Assembly: GCA_016186325.1 (NCBI GenBank)
Contig: JACPLW010000010.1
Span: forward strand, 22,856 to 86,855
Source of the DNA: Parcubacteria group bacterium
GTDB lineage: Bacteria > Patescibacteriota > Minisyncoccia > UBA10092
Reading direction: 5' to 3'
DNA: 64,000 nucleotides
Shown: in pieces, positions 13,864 to 22,576 of the stretch
Position numbering within the stretch: the stretch's first letter is position 1
How the letters are laid out: every line of letters begins with the position of its first letter
Translations under genes and position numbers: made by a program
The notes under the pieces: model-generated
Databases searched by the model: none
The model's input: only the letters and a program-made list of their open reading frames with translations
Told to the model about the DNA's origin: nothing

Positions 13864-15360
13864 ATGAGAGATCGAGTCATGGGAGGCGAAATCGAATGGC
13901 TTGGTAACTTTAGGCCCAATCCTAACTGCCGATGGCAGGAAGCCGGGAACCTGTTTGAATCAATTAAAGCATTTCTTTGCAAAAAATATAGTATTAACAA
14001 TTCTGGAGAGTTATTTCTTCCAAACGGCTCTCGTTTTTACCATGAGTCAACGGGTAATCATATTGAGACCACGACCCCCGAATGTGGAAGCGCAAGAGAT
14101 GTCTTAAAATACGAAAAATGGCAAGAGCGCTTTATGTGCCGACTTTCAAAAGAACTGAAGGACAGTCTGGGAGAATTCGTGTTTCAAAAAAAGAACAGCA
14201 GTGATAATTTAGCCGATACCCGCGGCTCTCATGAGAGTTATTTGTCCGATAAAATGTTTAGTGATTTACTGAGTTCTGCTCAAGCAAGATTATATTCTAT
14301 GCCCCCCACTATGGACCCGCGGCTTAATTATCTTATTCTGTTTTTAATAACACGTCAGATTTTTACCGGTAGCGGCGGCGGCATTTTAAGCTGCCAAGAC
14401 AACAGTCGCAACGATTATGTAATTTCTCCTAGGGCTTATTTCATTGAGACGATTTTTAGCTCTTCATCAACCAGCTCGCGGCCGATTATTCACATTCGCA
14501 AAGAAGCGTTAGCCGATGACTCCAAATATTGGCGCAATCATTTTATTTTAGGCGATGCTAATATGGCCGACCTTTCAATCTTTCTTAAATTCGGAACGAC
14601 AAGCGCCGTTTTGGAGATGATCGAGGAAGGTTTTTACGATAAGACATTGAATATGTTTGATCCTCGTGAAGCTGCCAATCTATTTAAAAAAATCTCCGGC
14701 GATTTAACCCTGCGAAACGTGCCAATTCGTTTGGTGGGTGGCGGAGATGAAGGTGTTATAGGAATCCAAAAACGATTCTGCCAAGATTTCAAAAGATACC
14801 TCGGCTATTCCGGTCAAGGCGGAGAAAAATTAGAAATTGCGCAAAGATGGTGGGAGATTTTGGAATGCCTGCAAGGGGACGATGAAAAAGTTTATCGGGA
14901 GTTAGATTACAAGATTAAGTTTAGGCTTTTAAATGACTATATGACGGCAAGGGGTCTTTCTCTTTCTGATAACAAGGTTAGGATGCTCGATCTTGACTAC
15001 CACAGTTCGGATCCGAAAAAAAGCTTTTATTACTTGTTAAAGAATCGTCCGAGTTCTAAATTTGAAAGTTTGGTGAGTGAAAGTAAAATTTTGGAAAGAG
15101 GGGGCCTACCTCCAAATACCAGGGCTAAGTTAAGAGCTCAAATTCAATTGCTTCTTGAAGAATTAGACATGTCTTATAGTTTAAATTGGGATTTGGTGTC
15201 GTTCAAACCCATTGGTTCAGATGTACCTGAAAGAAAATTACACTTACCAGAACCGCGCGTTTCATCATTTGACGGTCTAAATTTTGAAAAAAACTATGAT
15301 GCCATAGATTATCTAAACTCTTTAAAGCCCGGCGCTATTAAAATTCGTAAAGCCCCCTAG
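13864..15360 (+). CDS. Pup ligase/deamidase family protein (PafA/Dop homolog 2; divergent)
   Basis: MGGEIEW, RPIIHIRKEALADDSKYWRNHFILGDANMADLSIFLKFGTTSAVLEMIEEG, LDLDYHSSDP and PPNTRAKLRAQ. Same family as the preceding gene, but the GNSYGCHENY block is replaced by RGSHESYL. Confidence 0.7.
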   Translation: MRDRVMGGEIEWLGNFRPNPNCRWQEAGNLFESIKAFLCKKYSINNSGELFLPNGSRFYHESTGNHIETTTPECGSARDVLKYEKWQERFMCRLSKELKDSLGEFVFQKKNSSDNLADTRGSHESYLSDKMFSDLLSSAQARLYSMPPTMDPRLNYLILFLITRQIFTGSGGGILSCQDNSRNDYVISPRAYFIETIFSSSSTSSRPIIHIRKEALADDSKYWRNHFILGDANMADLSIFLKFGTTSAVLEMIEEGFYDKTLNMFDPREAANLFKKISGDLTLRNVPIRLVGGGDEGVIGIQKRFCQDFKRYLGYSGQGGEKLEIAQRWWEILECLQGDDEKVYRELDYKIKFRLLNDYMTARGLSLSDNKVRMLDLDYHSSDPKKSFYYLLKNRPSSKFESLVSESKILERGGLPPNTRAKLRAQIQLLLEELDMSYSLNWDLVSFKPIGSDVPERKLHLPEPRVSSFDGLNFEKNYDAIDYLNSLKPGAIKIRKAP

Positions 15361-15436
15361 GGCTTTTATTTTTTAAACTTCCAGCCTTCATGTTTAGCGG
15401 TTTTTGTGATATAAAGAACGCATCATATAGAGGATT

Positions 15437-16993
15437 ATGGGTAAACATTATTTAAATATCGGACAGGCTTCTGAAATAACCGATTCAAAAGATCGGCGTT
15501 TTTACCGTTTTTTGGAAATTCTTCCCGGCCTACTTTCTTGGAGCACTATTTTTTTAGTCATTTTTCTTTCTTGGGCCGAGCCTTTTCTTGTCGCCATTTT
15601 CATAATTTTTTTTGACGTTTATTGGCTTTTAAAGACAATTTTCCTTTCTCTTCACATGAGAGTCGCTTTTAACAAGATGAAAGAAAACTTAAAGAGAAAT
15701 TGGCAAAATGAATTGGAAACCGTTCCGGTAGGTTCCGAGGTTCTATCGGGAACGAGTTGGCGCAATATTTATCACCTTGTGATTTTGCCGATGTATAAAG
15801 AACCGCTGGAAGTAGTGCGCGCCAGTTTTTTAAGCTTGGCAAAAATTAATTATCCGCTTAGCAAAGTTATTGTTGTTTTGGCGATTGAAGAGCGCGGCGG
15901 CGAACCGGCTTTAACGGTAGCGCGTGAAATTGAAAAAGAATTTGGAGGCGCGTTTTTTAAATTTTTGGTATCCGTTCATCCTAAAGATATTACCGGCGAA
16001 GTTGCGGGAAAAGGGTCTAACGATTTCTGGGCTATTAGGGCGGTTAAAAATAAAATTATTGACACACTTAACATTTCTTACGAAAGAATTATTGTTTCTG
16101 TTTTTGACGCCGACACTATCACTCATCCCGAATTTTTTGGCCGCCTTGCTTATGCGTATTTGTCTTGTAAAAAGCCGCTTCGCTCCTCGTTTCAGCCGAT
16201 TCCGCTTTTTATAAACAATATTTGGCAGGCGCCGGCTTTCTCAAGAATTTTTGCTTTTTCAACGACTTTTTGGCAGATGATTCAGCAATCACGGCCGGAA
16301 CGGCTTATAACTTTTTCTTCCCAGTCAATAGGTTTTAAGCCTCTTAGCGAGATCGGTTTTTGGCAAACCAACGTGGTGAGCGAGGACTCAAGAATTTTCT
16401 GGCAATGTTTGTTAAATTTTGACGGCGATTGGCAAACGGTGCCGTTGTTTTTTCCGGTTTATATGGATGCCAATATCGGAAATACTTTTTGGCAAACCAT
16501 AAAAAACCAATATAAACAAATTCAACGCTGGGCTTACGGCGTTGAAAATAAACCCTATTTTCTATTTGGTTTTTCTAAAAATAAAAAAATTGAAAGAAAG
16601 AAAAAATGGCTTCTTAGTTTTATCATGGTTGAAAGCGCCCATTCTCTTGCTACCAATTCTTTGATTATTTTCATGCTCGGATGGCTGCCGACGGTAATTG
16701 GAGGCGGTCGTTTTTCACAAACGCTTCTTTCTTATAATCTTCCTTATATCACTCGCCTTATAATGACTTTAGCAATGGTCGGTTTAGTTTTTACTGCCAT
16801 TATAGCCACAAATCTTCTTCCGCCAAAACCGCCGCATTACGGTCGGTTCAAGTGGTTTTTGATGATTGCCCAATGGTTTCTTTTTCCGATAAACATGATT
16901 GTTTTCGGTTCCATACCCGCTCTTGACGCCCAAACGCGATTAATGTTTGGAAAATATTTAGGTTTCTGGAGCACGCCAAAATCGATAAACTAG
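15437..16993 (+). CDS. Membrane glycosyltransferase family 2, processive (cellulose/chitin-synthase-like)
   Basis: Multi-TM protein with FDADT (DxD), SEDSR (ED) and QIQRW (QxxRW) motifs. Confidence 0.6.
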   Translation: MGKHYLNIGQASEITDSKDRRFYRFLEILPGLLSWSTIFLVIFLSWAEPFLVAIFIIFFDVYWLLKTIFLSLHMRVAFNKMKENLKRNWQNELETVPVGSEVLSGTSWRNIYHLVILPMYKEPLEVVRASFLSLAKINYPLSKVIVVLAIEERGGEPALTVAREIEKEFGGAFFKFLVSVHPKDITGEVAGKGSNDFWAIRAVKNKIIDTLNISYERIIVSVFDADTITHPEFFGRLAYAYLSCKKPLRSSFQPIPLFINNIWQAPAFSRIFAFSTTFWQMIQQSRPERLITFSSQSIGFKPLSEIGFWQTNVVSEDSRIFWQCLLNFDGDWQTVPLFFPVYMDANIGNTFWQTIKNQYKQIQRWAYGVENKPYFLFGFSKNKKIERKKKWLLSFIMVESAHSLATNSLIIFMLGWLPTVIGGGRFSQTLLSYNLPYITRLIMTLAMVGLVFTAIIATNLLPPKPPHYGRFKWFLMIAQWFLFPINMIVFGSIPALDAQTRLMFGKYLGFWSTPKSIN

Positions 16994-16999
16994 AATTTT

Positions 17000-19108
17000 C
17001 TACTCCAAGTGGATTCTGTTTTTAAATTCCGAAAGTCGCGACGCAAGAAGCGGATATTTTTTTAGCGCCGGGTCGTTGTTTAAAAGCGTTTTTGCCGCTT
17101 CCCGTGTTTCTTCTATAAGTTTTAAATCCGTCAATGATGACATTGCCAGATCCGGCAAACCAGATTGGCGGACGCCAGAAAAATCGCCCGGACCACGAAT
17201 TTCCAAGTCTTTTTCGGCAAGTTCAAAACCGCTTTTGGCCGATTCAAGGGCCTTTAAACGCGCGCCGGTTTTACCGGAAGTCGAGTCGGTTAGAAGAAAA
17301 CAATAGGATTGATGTTTGTCCCGGCCGACCCGGCCCCTGAATTGATAAAGAGAGGCCAGACCGAACCTGTCGGCGCCCTCAATCATCATTACGGTGGCAT
17401 TTGGAACATCAATGCCCACTTCGACAACCGAAGTGGCCACGAGAATATCTAAATCTTTATTTAAAAAATCAAGCATTATTTTTTCTTTTTCCTTAGCTTT
17501 CAATCGGCCATGAATAAGCCCGATTTTGAATTCAGAAAATATTTCTTTTTTCAATCTTTCGTATTCTTTGATCGCTGCCCTAACCTCTATTCCTTCGGGA
17601 GATCTTTTTGACAGCTTTTCCGATTCTTCTATAAGAGGACAAATTATAAATCCCTGGTGCCCTTTCTTTATTTCGGATTTGATAATTTCATAAGTTTCCG
17701 CTCGTTGTGAGGGCGTGACGATCTTAGTAATAATATTTTTTCGCCCCTTCGGCATTTCTTTTATTAAAGACAAATCCAAATCGCCCCAAATGGTAAGGCC
17801 TAAGGTTCTAGGGATTGGCGTTGCCGTCATGGAAAGCAGGTGCGGCACCGGTATTTCACGGCGCGTCAGCGCGGCGCGCTGGTTAACTCCAAAGCGATGC
17901 TGTTCATCTATAATGACTAACGCCAGATTTTTAAATTTTACATTTTTTTGGATTAACGAATGAGTACCGATTATTATGGGAATTTCGCCACCCGCCACTT
18001 TTTTTATAAATTCTTTTTTGGTAATTTCTCCGTTTGAAATTTTGGCTTCGTTTGAAGTTAAAAGACCTGATTCAATTTTAAATTGCTTTAAAAGCGGAGA
18101 TATTTTTTCAAAATGTTGGCGACTTAGAATCTCGGTCGGTGCCATAATGGCAGTTTGATAGTTGTTTAAGGCGACTAGATAGGCCGATATTGTTGCGACA
18201 ACGGTTTTGCCGCTTCCAACGTCGCCCTCCAGTAGCCGGTTCATTGGCGACGGCATTGCTATATCCTGTATTATTTGCCAAGCGGATTTTTTTTGGTCGC
18301 CGGTCAATTTATAAGGAAGAGAATCGACAAATTCTTTAGTTAATTTTTCATCAAATTTTATTTTTGGCGCAGTTTGTTTTTGCAGTTTTGACCTTTCGAG
18401 TCCCATAAAAAGCTGTAAGACGAAAAGCTCTTCAAATGCAAATCTTCTTTTTGCCAATTCGGCTTTTTCAATCGTCTGCGGAAAATGGATTTGAGAAAAG
18501 GCGTAGCTTAAATCGGGAAGGCGATAGGCTTTTTTTATTTCACCGGGAATAACATCTGGGATTTGGCCGGCAAATTTAAGAAGCGGCTTTATGCCTAGTC
18601 TTAACCAGCGGGAAGTGATGCCGTAGGTCTCGGGGTAAACAGGAACCAATCGTCCGGTATGAAGAGTTTCTTCTTTGTTGTATGAATTTTCGCCGTGGCT
18701 CGTGATTTCATAGGCCGGATTGGAAAAACAAAGATGATTTTTATTTAAAACCACTTTGCCGGAAAGATTAAGCGTGTATCCTGGTTTTAGTTGGTTTATT
18801 AAATACGGTTGATTAAACCAGACTGACTTAATGGCACCGCTTTCGTTTTCAACGACGGCTTCCGTAATGATTATGTTTCTTCGAAAAATCCTGATATTTT
18901 TAGCGCTTAAAATTACCCCGTGTATTGTCGCTTTGGTATTGGGTTTGATATTGGATATGGAAACAAAATCAGAAAAATCTTCATAGCGATAAGGGAAGTG
19001 ATATAAAAAATCGCTAGCCTTTTTTATATTAAGTTTGGCGAATTTTTTAGCCGCAGCCGGCCCGAAGTATTTAATGTTTTGAATCGGGACATCAAGAATT
19101 GATGGCAT
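17000..19108 (-). CDS. recG: ATP-dependent DNA helicase RecG
   Basis: GDVGSGKT Walker A, DEQHRFGV, a helicase C-terminal region and an N-terminal wedge domain. 702 aa. Confidence 0.8.
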   Translation of the reverse strand: MPSILDVPIQNIKYFGPAAAKKFAKLNIKKASDFLYHFPYRYEDFSDFVSISNIKPNTKATIHGVILSAKNIRIFRRNIIITEAVVENESGAIKSVWFNQPYLINQLKPGYTLNLSGKVVLNKNHLCFSNPAYEITSHGENSYNKEETLHTGRLVPVYPETYGITSRWLRLGIKPLLKFAGQIPDVIPGEIKKAYRLPDLSYAFSQIHFPQTIEKAELAKRRFAFEELFVLQLFMGLERSKLQKQTAPKIKFDEKLTKEFVDSLPYKLTGDQKKSAWQIIQDIAMPSPMNRLLEGDVGSGKTVVATISAYLVALNNYQTAIMAPTEILSRQHFEKISPLLKQFKIESGLLTSNEAKISNGEITKKEFIKKVAGGEIPIIIGTHSLIQKNVKFKNLALVIIDEQHRFGVNQRAALTRREIPVPHLLSMTATPIPRTLGLTIWGDLDLSLIKEMPKGRKNIITKIVTPSQRAETYEIIKSEIKKGHQGFIICPLIEESEKLSKRSPEGIEVRAAIKEYERLKKEIFSEFKIGLIHGRLKAKEKEKIMLDFLNKDLDILVATSVVEVGIDVPNATVMMIEGADRFGLASLYQFRGRVGRDKHQSYCFLLTDSTSGKTGARLKALESAKSGFELAEKDLEIRGPGDFSGVRQSGLPDLAMSSLTDLKLIEETREAAKTLLNNDPALKKYPLLASRLSEFKNRIHLE

Positions 19109-19110
19109 AT

Positions 19111-19184
19111 GTCCCCTCGGTAGGAATCGAACCTACATTGCAAGATCCGCAATCTTGCGTCCTGTCCATTGAACGACGAGGGGA
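19111..19184 (-). tRNA. tRNA with anticodon GCG (Arg)
   Basis: Minus-strand anticodon stem-loop CAAGA-TTGCGGA-TCTTG, T-arm GTAGGTTCGATTCCTAC and a paired acceptor stem. A GCG anticodon is unusual for bacteria. Confidence 0.55.
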
Positions 19185-19248
19185 GGATAATAAATAATAA
19201 CTGCTCAATAAGCAGCTATATTTTACCACATTTTTTAAATTTTCGCTA

Positions 19249-19827
19249 CTAAAAAAGCTTTTTTCTCAACAAGTCAATAAACGATTCATTTTCCTCGGTT
19301 TCTTCCAGATATCTGTTGAGAATTTTTCTTATGTACGTTTCATCGTTATTATAAAAGGGGATGATAAGAAGCGGCGTCAAATGTTTTTTAAAGTGAAAGG
19401 CAATTTCCCTTTCGTGAGTAGAGCTCTCTTCTTGGGAACTAAAGTCTTGTCCAGTTTGTTGCTCAAGTCTAGCAGGAAAAATCCAGAAGGATTCAAAATT
19501 TTCATATGGATAAAACTTACTGTCGATGTGAAGTCCTTGACTATCCAAACGGAAATCAATCAGCTCGCGCTTTTTATTTTTAATGGCGTATATAATAAAA
19601 GCCGCTAAAGCGATGATGATAATAAGAAGATAGTTTTTTAGGATAATCGAAAAAACAACGAGCGCCAAAGCCAGAATTCCTAAAGCCCAAAACCACTCTG
19701 AAGCTTTTGGCATATGGTCGGGTTCTTCAATCTGCCAGTTTATCCCGCCAAAGGCGGGGTCTACTTCTTCCGATGTGTTTTCATCGCGTATTTTTAGTTT
19801 TATTGTTTCATCTGGTGCGGGTATCAT
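19249..19827 (-). CDS. Hypothetical membrane protein
   Basis: 192-aa ORF with central TM helices. No recognisable family. Confidence 0.4.
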   Translation of the reverse strand: MIPAPDETIKLKIRDENTSEEVDPAFGGINWQIEEPDHMPKASEWFWALGILALALVVFSIILKNYLLIIIIALAAFIIYAIKNKKRELIDFRLDSQGLHIDSKFYPYENFESFWIFPARLEQQTGQDFSSQEESSTHEREIAFHFKKHLTPLLIIPFYNNDETYIRKILNRYLEETEENESFIDLLRKKLF

Positions 19828-19923
19828 TTTAATGAATAAATATAGTTCATAGTTGCGAAGGTCACCTTCGCAACCTACTGGCGGACTTTGTCACGCCGTA
19901 GGTTCGCTTCGGCGAACCGAAGG

Positions 19924-20010
19924 CGGAAGCGGGAGGATTCGAACCTCCGATACTCTTTCGAGTATACCGCATTTCGAGTGCGGCCCATTCAACCACTCTG
20001 GCACGCTTCC
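19924..20010 (-). tRNA. tRNA-Ser (anticodon CGA)
   Basis: Minus-strand GGAAGCGTGCCAGAGTGGTTGAATGGGCCGCACTCGAAATGCGGTATACTCGAAAGAGTATCGGAGGTTCGAATCCTCCCGCTTCCG. Long variable arm. Two hairpins lie downstream. Confidence 0.75.
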
Positions 20011-20096
20011 TTAATAATACTAATGTTATTATTTTAAACCTAATTTTGCCAAATTAAAATCCCGATAGCAATTCGGGATTTGTTCCTTGTTTCTAA

Positions 20097-20336
20097 TTAG
20101 AAGAATCTTTCGTTATAGATTTTGATGCATTCCACAGAACAACAGGGATGATAATCTCGGCGAAGTTCGTCGCTGTTAACTTGACGGTCGCAAATCTTGC
20201 AATGATAATGGGGGAGCTTGTAATCACAATCTTCTTCATCACATTTCATCGGGACTAGGCCTCTGTCAAAATCTTGACTAAGTGCCGGACCGGCATCTTC
20301 ATTAAGATTGCGACTATCACTACCACATTCATCCAT
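20097..20336 (-). CDS. Small Cys-rich (zinc-ribbon-like) hypothetical protein
   Basis: MDECGSDS...CDEEDCDYKLPHYHCKICDRQ...HPCCSVEC. Start chosen at the ATG preceded by aaggag. Confidence 0.4.
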   Translation of the reverse strand: MDECGSDSRNLNEDAGPALSQDFDRGLVPMKCDEEDCDYKLPHYHCKICDRQVNSDELRRDYHPCCSVECIKIYNERFF

Positions 20337-20473
20337 TATCCACTCCTTCGTGTGGTTGTTTTTTTTTAAAAGACCCAAAAGCACTAATTACAATTTTTTT
20401 ATCATACTATATTTTCAGATGTCAAATTTTTGCGTAGCGTCTTGGAAATAGAAAGATGTGGCGGCGCACTCTT

Positions 20474-21400
20474 TTATTCTAAAAACAAAAGATTTAACAG
20501 TGCCATGCGAATATACAATCCATTTCGAGCTTGGCGAAAATATGCGGCGCGCTTATCGTCATCGACTTCTCGGCTAATTTCGTTGACTCTCGGCAATGGA
20601 TGCATAATAACGGCTCGCTTGTTAAGTTTACTAAGCATTTTTTTATTCAAAACAAATGAATTTTTCACTCGTTCATAAAGCCTCGCCGATGAAAATCGTT
20701 CTTTCTGAATTCGCGTCATGTACAAGACATTGATTTTTGGAAGAATACTTTCCAAGTTATCAGATTCAGAAAACTTTATTTTTCGCGAATTCAAGAAAGA
20801 TTTATATTTTTGGGGTAATCTCAACTCTCGTGGCGCGACTAAGAATATTTCAACATTATTACAAATCGAAAGAAGATAAATGAGCGAGTGAATTGTTCTG
20901 CCGTAGAGCAGATCGCCAACCATGCCAATTTTAAGATTATCAATACTGCCGAGTTCTTTTTTAATGGTGTATAAATCAAGAAGTGCTTGGGTGGGATGTT
21001 CGCCATCGCCATCTCCTGCATTGATAATAGGTACAGAAGAAACTTTTGCAGCTCGCTCGGCCGCTTCGGATTCGTGGTGGCGAAGGACAATCATGTCGGA
21101 ATACCCAGCAATAATTCGCACGCTATCCTCCAGCGTTTCTCCTTTGATGGCCGAAGAAAAATGTTCCGCGCTCTCGGTAGAAATTACTTGACCGCCCAGC
21201 TTGAGCATAGCGGACTCGAAAGAAAACCGAGTGCGAGTACTCGGTTCGTAGAAAACACAAGAGAGGATTTTGTTCTGCAAGAGTTTCGGAGTTTTACCTT
21301 TGAGGTCTGCTTTTTCAAATTTATCTGCTCTTCTGAAAATATCTACGAGCACTCTTTTATTCAAAAATTGTTGCGTGCTTAAGATATGTCTAAAGCTCAT
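20474..21400 (-). CDS. pyrB: Aspartate carbamoyltransferase catalytic subunit
   Basis: STRTRFSFE, HPTQAL and MHPLPRV signature motifs. Confidence 0.8.
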   Translation of the reverse strand: MSFRHILSTQQFLNKRVLVDIFRRADKFEKADLKGKTPKLLQNKILSCVFYEPSTRTRFSFESAMLKLGGQVISTESAEHFSSAIKGETLEDSVRIIAGYSDMIVLRHHESEAAERAAKVSSVPIINAGDGDGEHPTQALLDLYTIKKELGSIDNLKIGMVGDLLYGRTIHSLIYLLSICNNVEIFLVAPRELRLPQKYKSFLNSRKIKFSESDNLESILPKINVLYMTRIQKERFSSARLYERVKNSFVLNKKMLSKLNKRAVIMHPLPRVNEISREVDDDKRAAYFRQARNGLYIRMALLNLLFLE

Positions 21401-21705
21401 ATGATTAAAAAATTTTCTTCCTCGCTATAACTATAACACAATTTCCTAAATGGTGCAGTATTCTTGAATTAGTCCGAACCCTCTTTCGCTAAAGCTACAG
21501 ATGGGCGCGGCGCATTTCGCCCGCCGAAGTTTTAACGAAAGCGGATGACAATTTTCCGCCTACGCTCTTCGAGCTACGGCGGACAAGCAAGTTTTTCTTT
21601 GGCGGCAAATTCTTTGTTCTTTGAATTATGAAAAAAAATGGCTCCGCGCGTTAGCTAGGAGCCATGTTGAGCGAGTTGTACTCGCTTGACTGCTGCGAAG
21701 TGACA

Positions 21706-21885
21706 TTAAGAAGGTTTGTTCAACCATGCTCGGAAGCGGACTACAAACCATCCGCCTAGCATAACAATGGTGAGCAGATACAGAGCAACAGATCCGGTCG
21801 GTGGATCGTTGTATGCCCCGAAATACTTTCCGTTGATTACGGCGACAATTAAGCCGCCGACCCACAAAAACGAGCTTCTTTTCAT
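21706..21885 (-). CDS. Small two-TM hypothetical protein (59 aa), absent from the ORF track
   Basis: MKRSSFLWVGGLIVAVINGKYFGAYNDPPTGSVALYLLTIVMLGGWFVVRFRAWLNKPS. It is followed on the minus strand by a terminator (ggctcc-tagctaacgcgc-ggagcc then a T run). Confidence 0.3.
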   Translation of the reverse strand: MKRSSFLWVGGLIVAVINGKYFGAYNDPPTGSVALYLLTIVMLGGWFVVRFRAWLNKPS

Positions 21886-22128
21886 TTGCCCACCCTCATT
21901 TAAAGGTACGGTTTGATTTCACTCTAGCACTACGCTGAAGGTTCAATCTAATATAGCATACCCACTATGAAAAGTCAAGGTTTGTGCGAAAATAATAAAA
22001 TAGTCCTATTTAGACCATTTTCTTAAATCCTTATGAAAAATTTTTCTTCCCCCAAAATTAAAATATGGTTCCCTCCTTCGTCCTTCGACTTGCTCAGGAC
22101 TACGGACGGGCAAGCGAGCCGATGTCTT

Positions 22129-22202
22129 GGTGCACCCGGAAGGATTCGAACCTTCGACCTTCTCCTTAAGAGGGAGCAGCTCTACCACTGAGCTACGGGT
22201 GC
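22129..22202 (-). tRNA. tRNA-Lys (anticodon CTT), with CCA encoded
   Basis: Minus-strand GCACCCGTAGCTCAGTGGTAGAGCTGCTCCCTCTTAAGGAGAAGGTCGAAGGTTCGAATCCTTCCGGGTGCACCA. Confidence 0.75.
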
Positions 22203-22212
22203 GTAATTTAAC

Positions 22213-22290
22213 TTTTGCGTTCTCGGAGGGATTCGAACCTCCAATAATCCCGCCAAGGCGGGATCGTGATACTCGCCCGCCCAAACTTTT
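22213..22290 (-). other. tRNA-3'-half-like element E2 (hairpin tcccgccttggcggga, T-arm GGAGGTTCGAATCCCTCC, acceptor 3' strand)
   Basis: No D-arm or matching 5' acceptor strand could be found. The architecture is shared with E1 at 4877-4940. Confidence 0.4.
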
Positions 22291-22291
22291 G

Positions 22292-22365
22292 CGCGCCCTG
22301 AGGGATTCGAACCCCCGACCCCTTGTTCCGAAGACAAGTGCTCTAATCCGCTGAGCTAAGGGCGC
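22292..22365 (-). tRNA. tRNA-Arg (anticodon TCG), flanked by a 19-bp perfect inverted repeat that extends the acceptor stem
   Basis: Minus-strand GCGCCCTTAGCTCAGCGGATTAGAGCACTTGTCTTCGGAACAAGGGGTCGGGGGTTCGAATCCCTCAGGGCGCG. The flanks cccgcccaaacttttgcgc and gcgcaaaagtttgggcggg are exact reverse complements. Confidence 0.75.
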
Positions 22366-22434
22366 AAAAGTTTGGGCGGGTCAATTTCACCACGAGGACA
22401 AAAACCTGTTGCCGCAGGTGACCGTTCTGTCCAA

Positions 22435-22484
22435 CTCCGACGCTTCTAGGTCGGAGCTCCGACTTTTTACTTAGAACGTCGGAG
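22435..22484. repeat. Family-B palindromic element, intergenic copy
   Basis: ctccgacgcttctaggtcggag ctccgactttttacttagaacgtcggag. It interrupts a degenerate tRNA-like 5' fragment (GCGCCCGTAGCTCAAC...). Confidence 0.6.
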
Positions 22485-22576
22485 TTGAGCTACGGGCGCA
22501 TTAAAATAGATTTATAAAATAACACAAAATTGCTTAAAAGTAAATATCCACACTCACCAATGAGTGTGGATATAAA

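Noticed and set aside
21400-21640. PyrR-type attenuator in the 230-nt pyrB leader
   Set aside because: The leader has stem-loops and a tiny uORF, but no convincing PyrR binding loop (ARUCCAGAGAGGCU) could be identified.
22213-22290. Candidate intact tRNA between tRNA-Lys and tRNA-Arg
   Set aside because: The T-arm and acceptor 3' strand are present, but no D-arm, no matching 5' acceptor strand and no 7-nt anticodon loop could be folded. It is reported as a tRNA-like element instead.
22006-22354. Track ORFs 22006-22284(-) and 22127-22354(+), about 75-92 aa
   Set aside because: They lie across the tRNA-Lys, tRNA-like element and tRNA-Arg genes. The translations are low-complexity, so they are not protein-coding.
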